Below, piece by piece: positions 40,875 to 44,214 of a stretch of 44,214 nt of DNA. Every line of letters begins with the position of its first letter. The stretch's first letter is position 1. Under the pieces are notes generated by a model. The model saw only the letters and a program-made list of their open reading frames with translations. It had not been told where the DNA came from and did no database searches. A program made the translations under genes and the position numbers. The stretch comes from a virus, in IMG/VR virus record IMGVR_UViG_3300027807_000002, positions 1-44,214 of that record. One strand, 5' to 3'.

Positions 40875-41735
40875 ATGACCGTTGCGGGCCGTTTGACCCT
40901 GCCGAGCGCCGAACCCGCCATCAATTCGAGCGGCGATCTATCGGTAGGCGCGACCCTCACCGTTTATCTTACCGGCACGGACACCCTCGCGACCCTCTAC
41001 GCGGACCAGGCGCTCACCACCGCGATCTCAAACCCGCAGACCAGCAATTCGGACGGGTTTTTTTACGCGCAAAGCACTTCGATTTTTGCGGACAGCTCGC
41101 AGAATTACGACGTGGAGCTGCAGCTCCCTACGGGCGAGCTCTATCAGTACAGCGCCCTCAGCCTGGTGGCCCCGCCCGCCTCGGCCTCAGGCTATGCGCC
41201 GATCAATTCGCCCACCTTTACCGGCAACCCCCAAGCCCCGACGCCGGCCGCGAACAATAACAGCGCGAGCATCGCCACCACGGCCTTTGTGGCCACGGCG
41301 CTCTCCGCCTATGCGCCCCTTGTCTCGCCGGACTTTTCGGGCACGCCCACGGTCCCCACGGCCGCGGTGGGCACGGACACCACCCAGGCCGCCTCAACCG
41401 CTTTCGTCATCGCCCAGATCGCGGCCGGCAGCGAAGGCGCAACCGAGATCGTGGCTAGCGCCCATGTCACCATCACGTCCGGAACCCTAACGATTGCGGG
41501 AAACAATGGCTTTTCAAGCATCACGAGATCGAGCGCCGGCGCCATCAATTACACGTTCAGCACGGCAAGGCCGGACACCAATTATCGCCTGGCCGCGAAT
41601 GTGGAAAACACCACCCAGCTCGCCGCCGTCGCCCCGCTTGGCAATAAAACCATCGCGGGTTTCTCGCTATCCGTCCTCACCCAAAACAATATCCCCACCG
41701 ACCCGGCGGGGCTTTCGGTCACCGTCTTTGAATAA
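40875..41735 (+). CDS. tail fibre protein (second)
   Basis: Two copies of the tail-fibre repeat SP.F(T/S)G.P..PT.......A(T/S)TAFV (INSPTFTGNPQAPTPAANNNSASIATTAFV and LVSPDFSGTPTVPTAAVGTDTTQAASTAFV). Confidence 0.75.
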   Translation: MTVAGRLTLPSAEPAINSSGDLSVGATLTVYLTGTDTLATLYADQALTTAISNPQTSNSDGFFYAQSTSIFADSSQNYDVELQLPTGELYQYSALSLVAPPASASGYAPINSPTFTGNPQAPTPAANNNSASIATTAFVATALSAYAPLVSPDFSGTPTVPTAAVGTDTTQAASTAFVIAQIAAGSEGATEIVASAHVTITSGTLTIAGNNGFSSITRSSAGAINYTFSTARPDTNYRLAANVENTTQLAAVAPLGNKTIAGFSLSVLTQNNIPTDPAGLSVTVFE

Positions 41736-41745
41736 AGGAGGCATT

Positions 41746-42030
41746 ATGACGGACATCACCCAGCCCGAGCCAACCGAGGACGCTTTCAACCCTGGCACAA
41801 CCGGCGAGCACGATTCCAAGTCTCAGGCGTTCATTGCCGGGCTGATCATCGCCGCGGTGACGGTGATCGCGGTCTCGCTGATCATTGCGGCGACGTTCAA
41901 CGCCGACGCCGCCAAAATCATTTGGCCCATCGTCGGGGTCGGCCTGGGCGGCCTGATCTCCCAGCTCAACGCACCCACGGGGATCGGCGCGGTGATCGCC
42001 TCGGCCGCCAAGGCCTTCTTGCCCAAATGA
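41746..42030 (+). CDS. holin (putative, two TM)
   Basis: AAGGAGG SD. 94 aa with TM segments AFIAGLIIAAVTVIAVSLIIAATF and IIWPIVGVGLGGLISQL. Immediately upstream of the lysozyme and overlapping it. Confidence 0.6.
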   Translation: MTDITQPEPTEDAFNPGTTGEHDSKSQAFIAGLIIAAVTVIAVSLIIAATFNADAAKIIWPIVGVGLGGLISQLNAPTGIGAVIASAAKAFLPK

Positions 42031-42521
42031 CCACGCCGGCCGCGTTTCGACGCGTGCCGGACATTTGCGTCAAATTCATCGAGCGCGAGGAGGGCGAACG
42101 CCTGACGGCCTACCGCGACAAGGCCGGCATGTGGACGTGCGGTGTGGGCCACACCCAGGGCGTGACGCCCGGCACGCGGTGGGACCAGGCCTTGGTAGAC
42201 TGTTACCTTACCCAGGACCTGCAGACGGCCGTGCAGCGCCTTTACTGGGCCATTGGCGAGCCGGCCGTCATGAAGCTTTCAGATTATCAGTACAGCGCCC
42301 TGATCTCGTTTGTGTTCAACGCCGGGGAAAAGGCCAGCTGGCACGTCTGGGGCGACATTCGCGCCGGCCAGCTCGCCCTCGTACCTGGCCAGCTCAAACT
42401 ATTCGATACCATCGGCGGGAAGCCGGACAAGGGCTTGGCCAACCGACGCGCCGCGGAAATCGCCCTTTGGCTTGGGAAAGATCCCTTGTGCGCGGACTAT
42501 CCCCTCAGCAAAGCCGCGTAG
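42027..42521 (+). CDS. endolysin, T4-lysozyme-like (GH24) muramidase
   Basis: FIEREEGERLTAYRDKAGMWTCGVGHT contains the E-x8-D-x5-T catalytic signature. ...YQYSALISFVFNAG. Confidence 0.85.
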   Translation: MTTPAAFRRVPDICVKFIEREEGERLTAYRDKAGMWTCGVGHTQGVTPGTRWDQALVDCYLTQDLQTAVQRLYWAIGEPAVMKLSDYQYSALISFVFNAGEKASWHVWGDIRAGQLALVPGQLKLFDTIGGKPDKGLANRRAAEIALWLGKDPLCADYPLSKAA

Positions 42522-42574
42522 ATGATTCGTTCATTAGCTTTTGTTAACCATCGACACCGGAAGGAGATCACCCC

Positions 42575-43099
42575 ATGAGCTGGCTATCGCGAGCAGAAAA
42601 CGCTTTCATCAACCTGGTGGACGGCGCTGCCGCCAACACCAACCTGATCGCCAATCCCACCACCCCCGTGGAGGGCGCCATCAACGCCGCGGCCGGCGTG
42701 GTGATCCCGCTCCTGGCCAAGATCCCAGGCTCAAACATTGTCGCCGCGGGCATCACGGACGCGGACAGCTTGGTGGCCGCTTTGGAAGGCAAGGCCAACC
42801 CCGCCCAGATCACCCAGGCAAACAACGCCATTTCCGGCGTCACCACAACGCTGGGCACCGAGGCGGCCATGGCCGTAAACAGTTTCTTGATTCAAAAAGT
42901 GGGCACGAGCTCCACCGCCATGGTCGACTCTGGCGCGGAGGCCCTGGCCACGGCCGCCATCGCCATGATGTCCCAAAGTTCGAACAAGAGCGTGGACGAA
43001 ATTGCCCAGGCCCTCTCGGACCTGGTGGCGGGCTTCGCGGCGGCCAATCCGTCCACGACGACGGCCGCCACGTCCTCCACTGCAGCCAGCACGAGCTGA
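42575..43099 (+). CDS. hypothetical A/T/S-rich protein
   Basis: GGAAGGAG SD. 174 aa. Confidence 0.5.
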   Translation: MSWLSRAENAFINLVDGAAANTNLIANPTTPVEGAINAAAGVVIPLLAKIPGSNIVAAGITDADSLVAALEGKANPAQITQANNAISGVTTTLGTEAAMAVNSFLIQKVGTSSTAMVDSGAEALATAAIAMMSQSSNKSVDEIAQALSDLVAGFAAANPSTTTAATSSTAASTS

Positions 43100-43101
43100 C
43101 C

Positions 43102-43476
43102 ATGGAAACCGGGGGCGAGCTCATCAGTCACACCGAATCCCTGGTGGTGGGAGGCGCGGGCCTGGCCTTAGGCCTAGCTAACCTGGCCCGGCTCTCCTTT
43201 GGCGACACGCGCGAGCATGCACGCATGCAGGCGGCCCAGGAAACGCGCCTGCAGGCCGTGGAGCTGCAGGTGGCCAAGCTTTGGGAGGAGACGGCCGGCG
43301 TTAGGCAATCATGTGACACGATTACCCACACGCAAGCTGTGCTCTCTACCCAGGTTGCCGCATTGGATCGCCTATTTGGCGCGCGCCTGGACGCGGTGAC
43401 GGGATCGCTTCAAACCACCATTAGCCGCCTGGCCGACATAGTGGACCGTCACGCACCTGATCGGCGCGCCGCCTAG
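43102..43476 (+). CDS. membrane-anchored coiled-coil protein (i-spanin-like, putative)
   Basis: 124 aa. N-terminal TM LVVGGAGLALGLANLARL followed by a coiled coil. Last gene of the lysis region. No lipoprotein partner was found. Confidence 0.35.
   Translation: METGGELISHTESLVVGGAGLALGLANLARLSFGDTREHARMQAAQETRLQAVELQVAKLWEETAGVRQSCDTITHTQAVLSTQVAALDRLFGARLDAVTGSLQTTISRLADIVDRHAPDRRAA
43307..43320 (-). repeat. dispersed motif copy CGTGTCACATGATT (reverse complement)
   Basis: The plus strand reads AATCATGTGACACG. Confidence 0.9.
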
Positions 43477-43667
43477 TGCACAATCGCCCAGGTCATGCCC
43501 GAGCCCTGCACGGTCACCCTTTTGCCTGCAGGCAGGGCATGATGCGTGCGCAGGCTTATTCGGCCCCTGGGCGATCCTTCCAGGTTCAAGATCGTCAAAT
43601 AATGGCCGCCTTGCACGGCCGTAGAGCTTTCCACTATCGCGCGGCGTTGCTGAAACGAGCTACCCAC
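43473..43667 (-). CDS. hypothetical 64-aa ORF at the convergence point
   Basis: GTG start, weak SD, moderately high third-position GC. It contains a complex hairpin (43494-43541), so the region may instead be a terminator. Confidence 0.3.
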   Translation of the reverse strand: MGSSFQQRRAIVESSTAVQGGHYLTILNLEGSPRGRISLRTHHALPAGKRVTVQGSGMTWAIVH

Positions 43668-43725
43668 GGGGTAAGTCTTCCCTTTCAGGAGCGACCAGAG
43701 TTTCGGTCAACCCCGGCAAGCTCAC

Positions 43726-44187
43726 TCATGGCGCTTCCCCTGCAGACGTAAAACCCTCGACCATGAAACGGACCATCTCCAGGGCTTGCACGTAGCTCAA
43801 CAGGTTGGTGCCGTAGGGTAATCTCTTAAACTCATGCGCGGTCCCCTTGTTGCCGATAGGCTCAAAGGTTATGCCACCGTCAGGATTGAAGTCTTCGGGA
43901 AGCGGCCATTGAAGAAACCGCTCTGCCATCTGCTTAATCTGTTCTTCAGATAGTGCTTTTGGCTCTGCGTTCGGCGCGGTAGGTGCAATCCGCTCGCACC
44001 GTTCTAAGATGTCGGCTTCGCGGTCGTCCCAGCCTTGTTTGTAGCCGGCCTTGAAGGCGGCGCGCGCTATCGTGACGGTCGGGTCAACCCCTGGCTGGGG
44101 GTGCGTCAGCTTCCGGCTGATGATCGTCGCTTCCATCGTTTCTTCAGCCGCCGCCCACGCGGCAAATAGATCGCTGCGCTCAGTCAT
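43726..44187 (-). CDS. hypothetical protein (the gene lies across the repeat/junction region)
   Basis: AAGGAGGAG SD lies 6 nt before the ATG at 44187 (equivalent to position 100 in repeat copy 1). 153 aa, MTERSDLFAAWAAAEE... Confidence 0.6.
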   Translation of the reverse strand: MTERSDLFAAWAAAEETMEATIISRKLTHPQPGVDPTVTIARAAFKAGYKQGWDDREADILERCERIAPTAPNAEPKALSEEQIKQMAERFLQWPLPEDFNPDGGITFEPIGNKGTAHEFKRLPYGTNLLSYVQALEMVRFMVEGFTSAGEAP

Positions 44188-44214
44188 GTTCCGCTCCTCC
44201 TTCAGGAGAAACAC
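44088..44214. repeat. 127-bp terminal direct repeat, copy 2
   Basis: Identical to 1-127. Confidence 0.95.

Noticed and set aside
30865-41735. Possibility of a BPP-1-style diversity-generating retroelement acting on a tail-fibre gene.
   Set aside because: No ORF shows reverse-transcriptase motifs, and I could not see a template/variable repeat pair near either fibre gene's 3' end.
43102-43476. Search for an embedded or adjacent o-spanin (lipoprotein with a lipobox) to pair with the putative i-spanin.
   Set aside because: No overlapping or downstream frame has a signal peptide ending in an L-x-x-C lipobox, so the spanin call stays low-confidence.
1-44214. tRNA genes, CRISPR arrays, insertion sequences.
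   Set aside because: Intergenic gaps are all under 250 bp. None shows cloverleaf-like arms, regularly spaced direct repeats or terminal inverted repeats flanking a transposase.

Overview
GC-rich (about 60-65% by eye) 44.2-kb contig. The first and last 127 bp are identical, so this looks like a complete, circularly closed or terminally redundant genome of a tailed dsDNA phage. The virion module is podovirus-like: TerL, portal, HK97-fold capsid, a gp10-like hub, two tail fibres, and a T7-like three-protein ejection set ending in a 1141-aa SLT-domain protein.

Transcription diverges from a control region at about 2.76-2.83 kb.
- The short leftward arm carries a GcrA-like HTH protein, a complete C5 DNA methyltransferase and small ORFs. 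It runs across the contig junction to 43473.
- The long rightward arm (2827 to 43476) carries, in order: a recombination module (Rad52-like SSAP, NinB-like), XRE HTH, HNH, VRR-NUC, a replication initiator with internal iterons, a primase-helicase, TerS, a 3-kb block of coupled small ORFs, TerL, morphogenesis genes and lysis genes.
- Two small cassettes lie on the opposite strand inside the rightward arm, at 17904-18369 and 39524-40677.

I found no integrase, partition genes, reverse transcriptase, tRNA or CRISPR array. An alphaproteobacterial host is a weak inference from the GcrA-like protein and the GC content.

Observations most worth following up:
1. A dispersed 12-14-bp motif, (A/C)TCGTGTCACATGAT, present far more often than chance allows.
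2. A dense iteron cluster (candidate ori) inside the initiator gene.
3. A primase zinc ribbon encoded in a different frame from its TOPRIM-helicase body.
4. A protein-like alternate-frame ORF embedded in the methyltransferase gene.
5. The two antisense accessory cassettes: a His-rich secreted peptide plus an unknown protein, and a Zn-ribbon protein plus membrane proteins.

All functional calls come from motif recognition by eye. No searches were run.
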